This document shows, in pieces, positions 1 to 8,029 of a stretch of DNA of 64,000 bases. The notes under the pieces were generated by a model that had not been told where the DNA came from, ran no database searches, and was given only the letters and a program-made list of their open reading frames with translations. The translations under genes and the position numbers were made by a program. Position 1 is the first letter of the stretch, and each line of letters begins with the position of its first letter. Source of the stretch: an uncultured Solirubrobacterales bacterium (lineage in GTDB: Bacteria; Actinomycetota; Thermoleophilia; Solirubrobacterales; 70-9). The stretch spans positions 31,188 through 95,187 of the forward strand of contig CAVOIH010000032.1 of assembly GCA_963695885.1 (NCBI GenBank), in the 5' to 3' direction.

Positions 1-1227
1 CGTGCAGTCCTTCGCGCACGCGCCAGTTGATCTCGATCACCTCTTCGTCGCGGCTGAACTCCGGCTCGCGGATCAGCGCGTCACGGTCGACGACCTCGAA
101 CGCCTTCGCCTCGGCGGCGTCGAGCGCGTCATCGTCCTCGCCGGGAAACTCGACCAGCAGCGCGGCCGACGCCGGATCGATGTCCCGGAAGTATTGGGGC
201 GCACCGGGCATGTTCCAGCCAGCGGTGATGAGGGCGGGTGCGACCATCAGCTCGACCGCCGAGGCGCCGGCGTCGACCAGGGCCTTGACCGGCTCGGTCG
301 CGGTCGGGATGTCGGGGAAGTGGAGCCAGGCGAGCGTGGTCCGGGCCGGCAGCTTCACCGTGTCGAAGGTGACCCTCGAGATGAAGGCGAGCGTGCCTTC
401 GGAACCGATGATCAGGCGGCGCATGATCTCAACCGGGGTCTCCGCATCGAGGAACGCGCAGAGTCGGTAGCCGGTCGTGTTCTTGATCTCGAACTTGTGG
501 CGGATCCGTGCGGTGAGTTCCTCGTCGCCGGTGATCTCCCGGCGGATGCGGAGCAGCCCTTCGGCGAGCTCGGGCTCGGCCGCGGCGAACTTCTCCTCGG
601 CATCCGGGGCGGAGCTGTCGACCACGGTGCCCGACGGCAGGATGAACTCCATCGCGGTGACCGTCGAATACGAGTCGTGGGTGACCCCGCAGCGCATGCC
701 GCCAGAGTTGTTGGCGACCACTCCACCGACCGTGGCGATGTCGGTCGAGGCCGGGTCGGGGCCGAGCCTGTAGCCCGTGGGCGCGAGCACCTTGTTCACG
801 TCGCCCAGCACGACGCCCGGGGCGACCGATACGCGCCTGCCGCCGTCGAGCACCTCGACCCCGCCGAAGTGGCGGCGGGTGTCGACCAGGATGCCCTCCG
901 TCTGGGCCTGGCCGTTCAGGCTGGTCCCGCCCGAGCGGAAGGTGACTTCGATTCCGTTCTCGCGCCCGTACATGAGGACCTTCGACACGTCACCGGCGTC
1001 GTGGGCCATGATCACGACCTTCGGCAGCAGCCGGTACGGGCTGGCGTCGGAGGCGTACCGCACGATGTCGCTCGCGCGGGCCAGGACGCGGTCCTCGCCG
1101 AGCAGTCCGGCCAGCTCGGAGCGCAGGGGCTCCGGGGTTCCGCCGGCGACCCATTCCGGCGCCCGGTCGCTCGTGGGCCCGGTCGGCTCCGGTGTGATCT
1201 TCAGAACATCGGGCTCGAGCAGTGGCA
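1..1227 (-). CDS. FAD-linked oxidase (GlcD / D-lactate dehydrogenase-type FAD-binding oxidoreductase), N-terminal 409 codons; the 3' end lies beyond the window start
   Basis: Absent from the ORF track because it has no stop inside the window. Own minus-strand translation from ATG (cat at 1225-1227) gives MPLLEPDVLKITPE...FRSGGTSLNGQAQTEGILVD...DIATVGGVVANNSGGMRCG...IIGSEGTLAFISRVTF, a PCMH-type FAD-binding pattern. The frame stays open to position 1. Confidence 0.75.
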
Positions 1228-1243
1228 TCGCGGGCTCCTGGAC

Positions 1244-2842
1244 CTAGAAGAGGGACATTCCCGGCTGGACCGGGACTTCGACCAGGCGCGGCTTCGGATC
1301 CGCGATCGCTTCCTTCAGCGCGGCCTGGACTTCGTCGGCGGTCTTGACGAAGGTGCTCTCGACACCGTACCCGGCGGCGATCTTCGCCGACTCGAGCACG
1401 GGCAGGTCGAGGCCCGGGGAGCCGGTGACCTGTTCGATGTCGGCGAACCACTTGAGGATCGCGTACTCCTCGTTGCGGAGCACCAGGAAGGTGACCGGGA
1501 CATCGTAGGCGACGGCGGTCCAGAAACCGGCCACCGCGTACTGGACGGAACCTTCACCGAGCACGCAGACGACCGGGCGGTCCGGCTCGGCCAGCTGGAT
1601 GCCGATCGAGGAGCCGAGGCCGAATCCGAGGCCGCCGCCGGCGCCGAAGAAGTAGCTCTTGGGAGCCGAGATCCGCAGCTGGTTGCGGAAGGCGAGGGTG
1701 CTCGAAGGCGACTCGAGGACGACCACTCCGTCGTCCGGCAGCTCTTCCCTGAGGATCGAGTGGACGGTCAACGAGTTGAGCGGGTCGGTCTCTTCCATCC
1801 GGGTCGGTTTCGGCCACTCGGTCGGCGCCTCGCGCCCGGTGCCGTCGAGGTGCTCGAGCAGCGCCGCCAGGGTCAGCTTGACGTCGGCGACGATCGCGTC
1901 GCCCATCGGCGCGCGGGCGGCTTCGTCCGGGTCCGAGGTGATCGCGACCAGCGACGAGCCCTCGGCGAGGAAGGGCCCGGGGATGTTCGGGTAGTACGCG
2001 AAGACCGAGGAGCCGACGACGATGATCAGGTCGTGCTCCTTCAGGGTCTCGCCGACCGGCCCGACCGCGGGTGGCAGAACGCCGCGCCAGTGCGGATGGT
2101 CCTCCGGGAAGCCGATGCGCCCACCGCCGGGTGCCGGTGCGGCCCAGACCCCGAGGTTCTGGTTCTCCGAGAGGGCGATCATCTCGTCCCAGGCGCCGGC
2201 CGCGTCGATGTCGGGGCCGGCCACGGCGACCGGGTTCTTCGCCGCGATGATCCGGCCGGCGAGGTCGCCGACCTGCTCGGGATCGGCGGTCGCCCGTCCG
2301 GTGACCTTGCGGTCGATGACGGCAGCGGCCTGGGCGGCGTCCATCTCCACATCCCAGTCGTCCATCGGCAGCGAGACCATGACCGGTCCCATCGGCGGGA
2401 GCGCGGCCAGGTGAATTGCGTGAGCCAATGCAAGGGGCACGTCTTCGGCGCGCGGCGGCTCGAAGGCGAACTTCACGTACGGATCGGGCACGCGGATCGC
2501 GTCGCGGTTGGTCAGGTTCGCCTGCATCGTGATCATCTCGCGGGCCTGCTGACCGGCGGTGATCACGACCGGTGAATGGTTCGCCTGCGCGTTGAAGATC
2601 GCGCCGACGCCGTTGCCGAGGCCGGGGGCGGTGTGGAGGTTGACCAAAGCGGGCTTGCCGGTCATCTGCGCGTAGCCGTCGGCCATCGCGACTACCGCCG
2701 CCTCCTGGAGTCCGAGCACGTAGTCGAAGTCGTCCGGGAAATCCTTCAGCATCGTGAGTTCGGTCGAGCCGGGATTGCCGAACATCCTGGTCATTCCCTG
2801 TTTGCGGAAAAGGTCGTACGTGACTTCGCGGACGGTAGGCAT
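1244..2842 (-). CDS. mdlC: Benzoylformate decarboxylase-like thiamine-diphosphate enzyme
   Basis: 532 aa. The N-terminus VREVTYDLFRKQGMTRMFGNPGSTELTMLKDFPDDFDYVLGLQEAAVVAMADGYAQ...ITAGQQ closely parallels my recollection of Pseudomonas putida MdlC. ThDP-binding GxGG/NEEY region near the C-terminus. Confidence 0.8.
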   Translation of the reverse strand: MPTVREVTYDLFRKQGMTRMFGNPGSTELTMLKDFPDDFDYVLGLQEAAVVAMADGYAQMTGKPALVNLHTAPGLGNGVGAIFNAQANHSPVVITAGQQAREMITMQANLTNRDAIRVPDPYVKFAFEPPRAEDVPLALAHAIHLAALPPMGPVMVSLPMDDWDVEMDAAQAAAVIDRKVTGRATADPEQVGDLAGRIIAAKNPVAVAGPDIDAAGAWDEMIALSENQNLGVWAAPAPGGGRIGFPEDHPHWRGVLPPAVGPVGETLKEHDLIIVVGSSVFAYYPNIPGPFLAEGSSLVAITSDPDEAARAPMGDAIVADVKLTLAALLEHLDGTGREAPTEWPKPTRMEETDPLNSLTVHSILREELPDDGVVVLESPSSTLAFRNQLRISAPKSYFFGAGGGLGFGLGSSIGIQLAEPDRPVVCVLGEGSVQYAVAGFWTAVAYDVPVTFLVLRNEEYAILKWFADIEQVTGSPGLDLPVLESAKIAAGYGVESTFVKTADEVQAALKEAIADPKPRLVEVPVQPGMSLF

Positions 2843-2880
2843 GGCGGCAGCCTATATGGGATGAGTGGGAAGATTCAGAT

Positions 2881-3348
2881 GTGCGCACCCACCTCGCCAT
2901 CGCCCTTGCTGCGGCCGCCGTCATTCTCGGATGCGGCGAGACCGATACCGGCACCCCGGACGCCTGCTTCGAGGATCCCGCCACGATCACGGCGGCACTC
3001 CGGAATGCCCCTGAACCGGTCGCGCTCGACGGCGACACCATCATCAGCGACTGTCTCGTCCGGAACCAGTCCGACGGCGACCTGGTCAACTTCGGGACCA
3101 ACATCACCGAGGTCGCGACCGGTCTCGGTGCCGACTCGGCGAAGCCCGGGCCGGCCGGGGTCAAGGCGGCGATCGATGCCGGCTACCTGGTCGGGGCGAT
3201 CGAGAAGGGCTCCGAAGAAAGCGACGGCATCCACGCAACCCTGGTCGACCGGGTCAGGTCGGCCGCCACCAACGGTCTGGCAGGTGCCTCGGAACTGAAG
3301 CGCGAGCACTACGAGGCCGGGCGAGTAGCCGGTCGCGCGAACGGCTGA
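2881..3348 (+). CDS. Hypothetical lipoprotein
   Basis: 155 aa, GTG start. Signal peptide followed by lipobox-like AAVILGC. No recognised family. Confidence 0.5.
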   Translation: MRTHLAIALAAAAVILGCGETDTGTPDACFEDPATITAALRNAPEPVALDGDTIISDCLVRNQSDGDLVNFGTNITEVATGLGADSAKPGPAGVKAAIDAGYLVGAIEKGSEESDGIHATLVDRVRSAATNGLAGASELKREHYEAGRVAGRANG

Positions 3349-3384
3349 AAGACTTGAACGACGAGCAACCGATGAAAGGCTTCC

Positions 3385-4701
3385 TTGACTGAACAGCTGT
3401 GGGGTTCTGAGACCGACAAGGCCGTTGCGAACTTCCCCGTCTCCGGGGAACCCGTTCCGCCGCCCGTAATCCACTGGCTCGGCCGGATCAAGGCGAATGC
3501 CGCCCGGACCAACGGCGCCCTCGGCCTGCTCGACGTGGGGATCGCAGAGAGGATCGCGCGGGCCGGCGACGAGATCGGTGAAGGCAAGCACGACGATCAG
3601 TTCCCGGTCGATGTCTTCCAGACCGGCTCCGGCACTTCTTCGAACATGAACACCAATGAGGTCATCGCCAACCTCGCCGGCGAAGACGTGCACCGGAACG
3701 ACCACGTGAACATGGGGCAGTCGTCGAACGACGTCTTCCCGTCCGCTGTGCACCTCGCGGCACTCGACCGGGTGACCAACGAGCTGATCCCGGCGATGCA
3801 GGGCCTCGCCCTCGAACTCGACAAACGCGCGGAGGACTTCCGCGACGTGGTCAAGGCCGGCCGAACCCACCTGATGGACGCGGTCCCGGTGACCCTCGGC
3901 CAGGAGTTCGGCGGTTACGCGTCGCAGGTCCGCCACGGGCTCGACCGGATCGCGGGCACGCTGGAACGGGTCGGCCAGATCCCGCTCGGTGGCACCGCCA
4001 CCGGCACCGGCCTCAACACCCACCCCGACTTCGCCGCGGGCGTGCGCCGGTTGCTCGAGGACCAGTCCGGCCTCGGCATCTCGGCGCCGCACGATCCTTT
4101 CGAGGCCCAGGCCAACCGCGACGCGCTGGTCGAGCTCTCCGGTGCGCTCAAGGTCTACGCCGTGTCGCTCAACAAGATCGCCAACGACCTGGCGCTGATG
4201 GGCTCGGGTCCGCGCGCCGGCCTGGCCGAGATCGCGCTGCCGGAACTGCAGAAGGGCTCCTCGATCATGCCCGGCAAGGTCAACCCGGTCATCCCGGAGG
4301 TCGTGATCCAGGTCGCGGCCCAGGTGATCGGCAACGACACCGCGATCACGGTCGCCGGCTCGCAGGGACAGTTCGAGCTGAACGTGCGAGTGCCGCTGAT
4401 CGCCCGCAACCTGCTCGGATCGATCCGCCTGCTCTCGTCCGCTTCACGGATGCTGGACGAGAAGTGCGTGGCCGGCATCGAGGCGAAGGTCGCCGCCAAC
4501 GAGCTGCACGCCGAGGCCACTCTGGCCACGGCCACCGCGCTCAACCCGCACATCGGTTACGACCGGGCCAGTGAGATCGTCGCCGAGGCCGCCCGTTCCG
4601 GACGGGCGCTGCGCGAAGTGGCGATCGAACTCGGGGTAGAGGAAGCAATTCTCACGGAAGCGCTCGACCACAACAAGATGGCCCGCCCCCACGAGGACTG
4701 A
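3385..4701 (+). CDS. aspA: Aspartate ammonia-lyase / class II fumarase superfamily lyase
   Basis: 438 aa. SS-loop signature GSSIMPGKVNP. FPVDVFQTGSGTSSNMNTNEV and GPRAGLAEIALPELQKGSSIMPGKVNPVIPEVV resemble AspA more than FumC, so the aspartase versus fumarase assignment is not certain. Confidence 0.75.
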   Translation: MTEQLWGSETDKAVANFPVSGEPVPPPVIHWLGRIKANAARTNGALGLLDVGIAERIARAGDEIGEGKHDDQFPVDVFQTGSGTSSNMNTNEVIANLAGEDVHRNDHVNMGQSSNDVFPSAVHLAALDRVTNELIPAMQGLALELDKRAEDFRDVVKAGRTHLMDAVPVTLGQEFGGYASQVRHGLDRIAGTLERVGQIPLGGTATGTGLNTHPDFAAGVRRLLEDQSGLGISAPHDPFEAQANRDALVELSGALKVYAVSLNKIANDLALMGSGPRAGLAEIALPELQKGSSIMPGKVNPVIPEVVIQVAAQVIGNDTAITVAGSQGQFELNVRVPLIARNLLGSIRLLSSASRMLDEKCVAGIEAKVAANELHAEATLATATALNPHIGYDRASEIVAEAARSGRALREVAIELGVEEAILTEALDHNKMARPHED

Positions 4702-4762
4702 GGATCGGGTCCTGACGTCTTGATCCCTGGTTTCCGCGCGAAACGTAAGGCGGCGAGACCCT
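4701..4762 (+). repeat. Structured intergenic hairpin repeat, copy A (family of 3 in this window)
   Basis: Shares an identical 26-nt 5' arm (aggatcgggtcctgacgtcttgatcc) and an identical 15-nt 3' arm (aaggcggcgagaccc) with copy B at 38289-38345. Starts at the last base of the lyase stop codon. Confidence 0.8.
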
Positions 4763-4771
4763 GGGCCTTCT

Positions 4772-5512
4772 CTAGTCCCTCTTCGGTACTTCGGTTTCGT
4801 CTTCGCCCGGATCGTCCGGTGTCTCGTCCAGGTCCTCGACCAATTCCTCTTCGAGTTCCCCGGGTGTCTCTCCCGCCGGTTCGGGTACGGGAGCCTCTTC
4901 GGTGGACGGTTCGGGTTCGTCGATCGGGGGAGTCGCGGCGCGCAGATCCTGCTCCGCCCGCATTCGGGCGAGTTCTTCCTTGCGGGCGGCTTCGGCTTCG
5001 CGGTCGGCGGTCGCGGCGGCGACGGTCTCCTCGTCCCAGCCGATCTTCGTCTTGAGCACCAGCACCAGGAGCGGAAAGGCCATGATCGCCGCGCCGGTGA
5101 CGAAGGCGCCGATGAAGGTCTCGGCGGGAAGCTGCCCGTCTTCGGCTGCGGCCCAGAACATCCAGGCGGCGACCGGCAGGTAGATGAAGACGGCACTCAG
5201 CGTGCCCGGGGTGAGGCGGTCGCCGCGGGCACTCGGAACCATGTGGAAGAAGACGGCGTTGATGACGAACAGTGCCGGGACCCCGAGGCTGATCGCGGGG
5301 GCCCACCAGCCGATCGCCGCACCGGCCAGAGCGATGAAGATCAGCGCGACGTTCGTGAGGAAGAAGTCCGGTTCGGAGAAGGTGATGCCAAGGCGCCCCC
5401 CGATCTCGAAGTTCGCCCAGGTCACCCAGCCTTCGGCGTACTCCTCGAGAACGTGGAACGCGGCCGCGATGACGCCGACCCAAAGTACCCAGGAATGGCT
5501 GTCGATATCCAT
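4772..5512 (-). CDS. HXXEE domain-containing membrane protein with acidic C-terminal tail
   Basis: 246 aa. HVLEE motif near the N-terminus, several TM helices, E/D/P-rich C-terminal third. Confidence 0.6.
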   Translation of the reverse strand: MDIDSHSWVLWVGVIAAAFHVLEEYAEGWVTWANFEIGGRLGITFSEPDFFLTNVALIFIALAGAAIGWWAPAISLGVPALFVINAVFFHMVPSARGDRLTPGTLSAVFIYLPVAAWMFWAAAEDGQLPAETFIGAFVTGAAIMAFPLLVLVLKTKIGWDEETVAAATADREAEAARKEELARMRAEQDLRAATPPIDEPEPSTEEAPVPEPAGETPGELEEELVEDLDETPDDPGEDETEVPKRD

Positions 5513-5553
5513 TCCGTGATCCTATTCACGCGAGAGCACAGTCCCCCTCGGGA

Positions 5554-5596
5554 CTGGCAGTGAAATTGCCTCCTGGGGAGGCAATTTCACTGCCAG
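5554..5596. repeat. 43-nt perfect palindrome, copy 1 (ctggcagtgaaattgcctcc-tgg-ggaggcaatttcactgccag)
   Basis: 20-bp perfect arms and a 3-nt loop, AT-rich relative to the genome. A near-identical copy lies at 39705-39747. Lies 3' of the metallophosphoesterase gene. Confidence 0.85.
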
Positions 5597-5611
5597 TGCG
5601 GGTCCCCAGGG

Positions 5612-7876
5612 TTACTTCTTTCTCTTCTTCGCCTTGATCTTCACGTTGGCGGTGCCCTTCTTGCCGGAGACGTTGGCCGTGATCTTCGCCTTCCCCTTCG
5701 CCTTGGACTTGGCCTTCACGGTGATCTTGACCCTCACCGTCTTGCCGGGGCCGATCGACTTGATGTTGATCTTCCTCTTGACCTTCACGCGCCTGTTCGA
5801 CGACTTCACGTAGAGCTTCGCGCTCTTCTTCGCCGTTCCACCCGAGTTGGTGACGGCGACGGTCAGCCTGGTCTTCTTGCCGGCCTTCAGCGACTTCTTC
5901 TTCGGCGAGATCTTCACCTTGCTGATCTTGGCCCGCGGATCCTTGATCAGCAGCTCGACGTTCCGGTCGGCCACGGTGCCGGCCCCACACGGATCGATCG
6001 AACCGCAGGCCTCGCCGCCGTTCTGGTTGTCGTTGTAGCCGATGGTCCGGCCCGTCGATGCGAGCTGGGCGGGCGACAGGGTGTTCCCGTCGGTGCCCGG
6101 CGCGGCGGCCGGAACCGGAGCGGCGTGGTCGATCAGCGTGCCGAAGATCGACAGGTTGCCGTCCTTGTTGTCGAAGATCTGCAGTAGGCGGTTCTGCTTT
6201 GGCCAGTCGACCAGGGCCGAAGTCCTGATGCTCCAGTAGCCGCCCTTGCCGGCGGGATCCGGGAACGGGGTGATCTTGTTCTCGTGGCTGTGGCCCGCGA
6301 CCCAGGCGACCGCGACCGGGTACTTGTGCATCAGCGCGGTCACGTCGGCCTGCAGCTTGATCGGGGTCGAGGTGCGCGGGTCGCCGTCACAGCCGACGAC
6401 CTCCGCCGGGTTGACACTCGCGCAGGAAGGAGCGTTTTCATCGGCCACGTCGGCGCTCATGCTTTCCGGTGCGTGGTGCGAAAACACGATCGCGATCTCG
6501 TTGTGCTCGGTCGCCCGCTTCAGTTCCGACTCGAACCAGTTGAACTGGGGTGTGTCGAGGTTGCCCTTGTCCGACTCCAGGATCTTGCCACCTTCGGAAT
6601 GGGTGTCGAGCGTGATGTAGCGGACGCCGTGCTTGCTGTAGGCGTAGTAGCCGGCGTTGCCGTCGGAGGCAGCCTCTTCGGCCGGATCGACGAAACCGAA
6701 CCCGTGCCCGTCGTCCTGCCCGTTCGCCCTGAAGATGCCCTTGTAGGTCTCCTTCGAGATCAGGCGGCGGCCCGGGTCCGGCGGCACCGCCATGAACTGG
6801 CCGGGATTCTCATCGACCAGGTCGAGGAACCCGTTGACGTCCAGGTTGGGATCGGTGACCAGGCTGAGCAGGTCGAGCGGATCGAAGGAGCTGTTCTGCG
6901 GTTTCTTGTCGGCAACCGGCTTGAGGCAGCCCTGCGCGAACAGGTTGAACAGTTTGCTCGCCCAGGCGTTGCCCTGGACCAGGCCGTCGTGGTTGCCGAA
7001 GAGCACGTAGCCGGGCACGTCGAGCCCGGTCGCGGTGAAGGGCTTCTGGCCGGCGTCCATCAGGTTCGGGTAGGTCGGAGCCTCGTCGTACGGGTTGATG
7101 TTGCCGGGGTCGTCCAGCGGCGGGTTCGGCTCGTCCGGGTCGTAGAAGTAGAACTCCTTGGCCCCGGGCCAGTCATCGCGGTCCTGCACACCGGTGTAGT
7201 CGGTCGGCGTGGTTGCGTCCTTGATTTTGCCGAGTGCCTCGATCTGGGCGGACGGGCAGAGCGGGTTGGTATCGATCGAGGAAGCCGGGTTGACGCCGCT
7301 TCCGGGCGTGATCTGGCCGCCTTCGATCAACTGGCGGTTCCAGACGGTCTCGTTGAACTGCTGGCTGTCGGAGATGTCTCCGGTGTTCATGACGAAGTCC
7401 ATCGGCGGCTTGGTGCCGTCACCGCTCCGAACCGGCGCGTTGGTGGCGAAGGAGTTCATCTGTTCGATCATCTCGTTCGCCTCATGCGGGTTGAAGGCCT
7501 CCGAGGGTCGCCACGATGCGGTGAAGGGCCCGCCGACCGGATCGAGGAACTCGACGCGGGCCGGACTCTCCTCGTCGGTGAGCTGGAAGTCGGTGAGCTG
7601 CCCGAAGTAGGCGAGCGGGACGCGGCGGGTCTCACGGCCGGCCTTGGCCTCCCCCAGGGTCACCGCGGGCGTGGTGGAGCCGGTGCGGACGGTGTAGTTC
7701 TCGCCGGGACCGGTGGTCAGGGTCTTGAAGCCGCCGGATCCCTGGGGGACGATCCGCTGCACGAGCGTCGAGATCCCGAGCGTGTCCCCCGGTGCCGCCT
7801 GCGCGATGCTGACGGCGATCCCCGCGACCACGAGCGTGCACGTGATTATTCCGACCTTCAGCTTCGACATCTCCAC
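5612..7876 (-). CDS. Secreted metallophosphoesterase (calcineurin-like) with lysine-rich C-terminal beta-domain
   Basis: 754 aa, GTG start, signal peptide. Motifs NTGDISDS, LFGNHDG, VFSHHAP and VAGHSHENK. The last ~105 aa are K-rich (KVKISPKKKSLKAGKK...KIKAKKRKK). Confidence 0.8.
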   Translation of the reverse strand: MEMSKLKVGIITCTLVVAGIAVSIAQAAPGDTLGISTLVQRIVPQGSGGFKTLTTGPGENYTVRTGSTTPAVTLGEAKAGRETRRVPLAYFGQLTDFQLTDEESPARVEFLDPVGGPFTASWRPSEAFNPHEANEMIEQMNSFATNAPVRSGDGTKPPMDFVMNTGDISDSQQFNETVWNRQLIEGGQITPGSGVNPASSIDTNPLCPSAQIEALGKIKDATTPTDYTGVQDRDDWPGAKEFYFYDPDEPNPPLDDPGNINPYDEAPTYPNLMDAGQKPFTATGLDVPGYVLFGNHDGLVQGNAWASKLFNLFAQGCLKPVADKKPQNSSFDPLDLLSLVTDPNLDVNGFLDLVDENPGQFMAVPPDPGRRLISKETYKGIFRANGQDDGHGFGFVDPAEEAASDGNAGYYAYSKHGVRYITLDTHSEGGKILESDKGNLDTPQFNWFESELKRATEHNEIAIVFSHHAPESMSADVADENAPSCASVNPAEVVGCDGDPRTSTPIKLQADVTALMHKYPVAVAWVAGHSHENKITPFPDPAGKGGYWSIRTSALVDWPKQNRLLQIFDNKDGNLSIFGTLIDHAAPVPAAAPGTDGNTLSPAQLASTGRTIGYNDNQNGGEACGSIDPCGAGTVADRNVELLIKDPRAKISKVKISPKKKSLKAGKKTRLTVAVTNSGGTAKKSAKLYVKSSNRRVKVKRKINIKSIGPGKTVRVKITVKAKSKAKGKAKITANVSGKKGTANVKIKAKKRKK

Positions 7877-7940
7877 CCTCCGTTGGTTCCCTGGTGCCTC
7901 CTCCCGGGCAGGTTAGCCGAAAAGGGAGGCCTGTTCACAA

Positions 7941-7997
7941 GGTTCTCGCCGCCTTGATCCCCGTGTAACGTGGATCAAGGCGTCAGGAACCGTTCCT
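7941..7997 (-). repeat. Structured intergenic hairpin repeat, copy C (reverse orientation)
   Basis: The reverse complement reads aggaacggttcctgacgccttgatcc-acgttacacgg-ggatcaaggcggcgagaacc, matching copies A and B. Lies 32 nt 3' of the aldehyde dehydrogenase stop on the minus strand. Confidence 0.8.
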
Positions 7998-8029
7998 CAT
8001 ATTCGTAACACGAGGCCGGACCAGAAGTA

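Noticed and set aside
2-2575. 857-aa ORF on the plus strand, and many similar long ORFs in the track (for example 6284-7957, 14551-16104, 21198-22841, 26616-28628, 30066-32384, 36196-37980, 39812-41428, 44083-46722, 46900-48741, 47013-49331 upstream part)
   Set aside because: Their composition is R/G/D/H/P-rich with no recognisable motifs. This is typical of stop-free shadow frames in roughly 70% GC DNA. In every case the opposite strand or another frame encodes a protein with clear family signatures.
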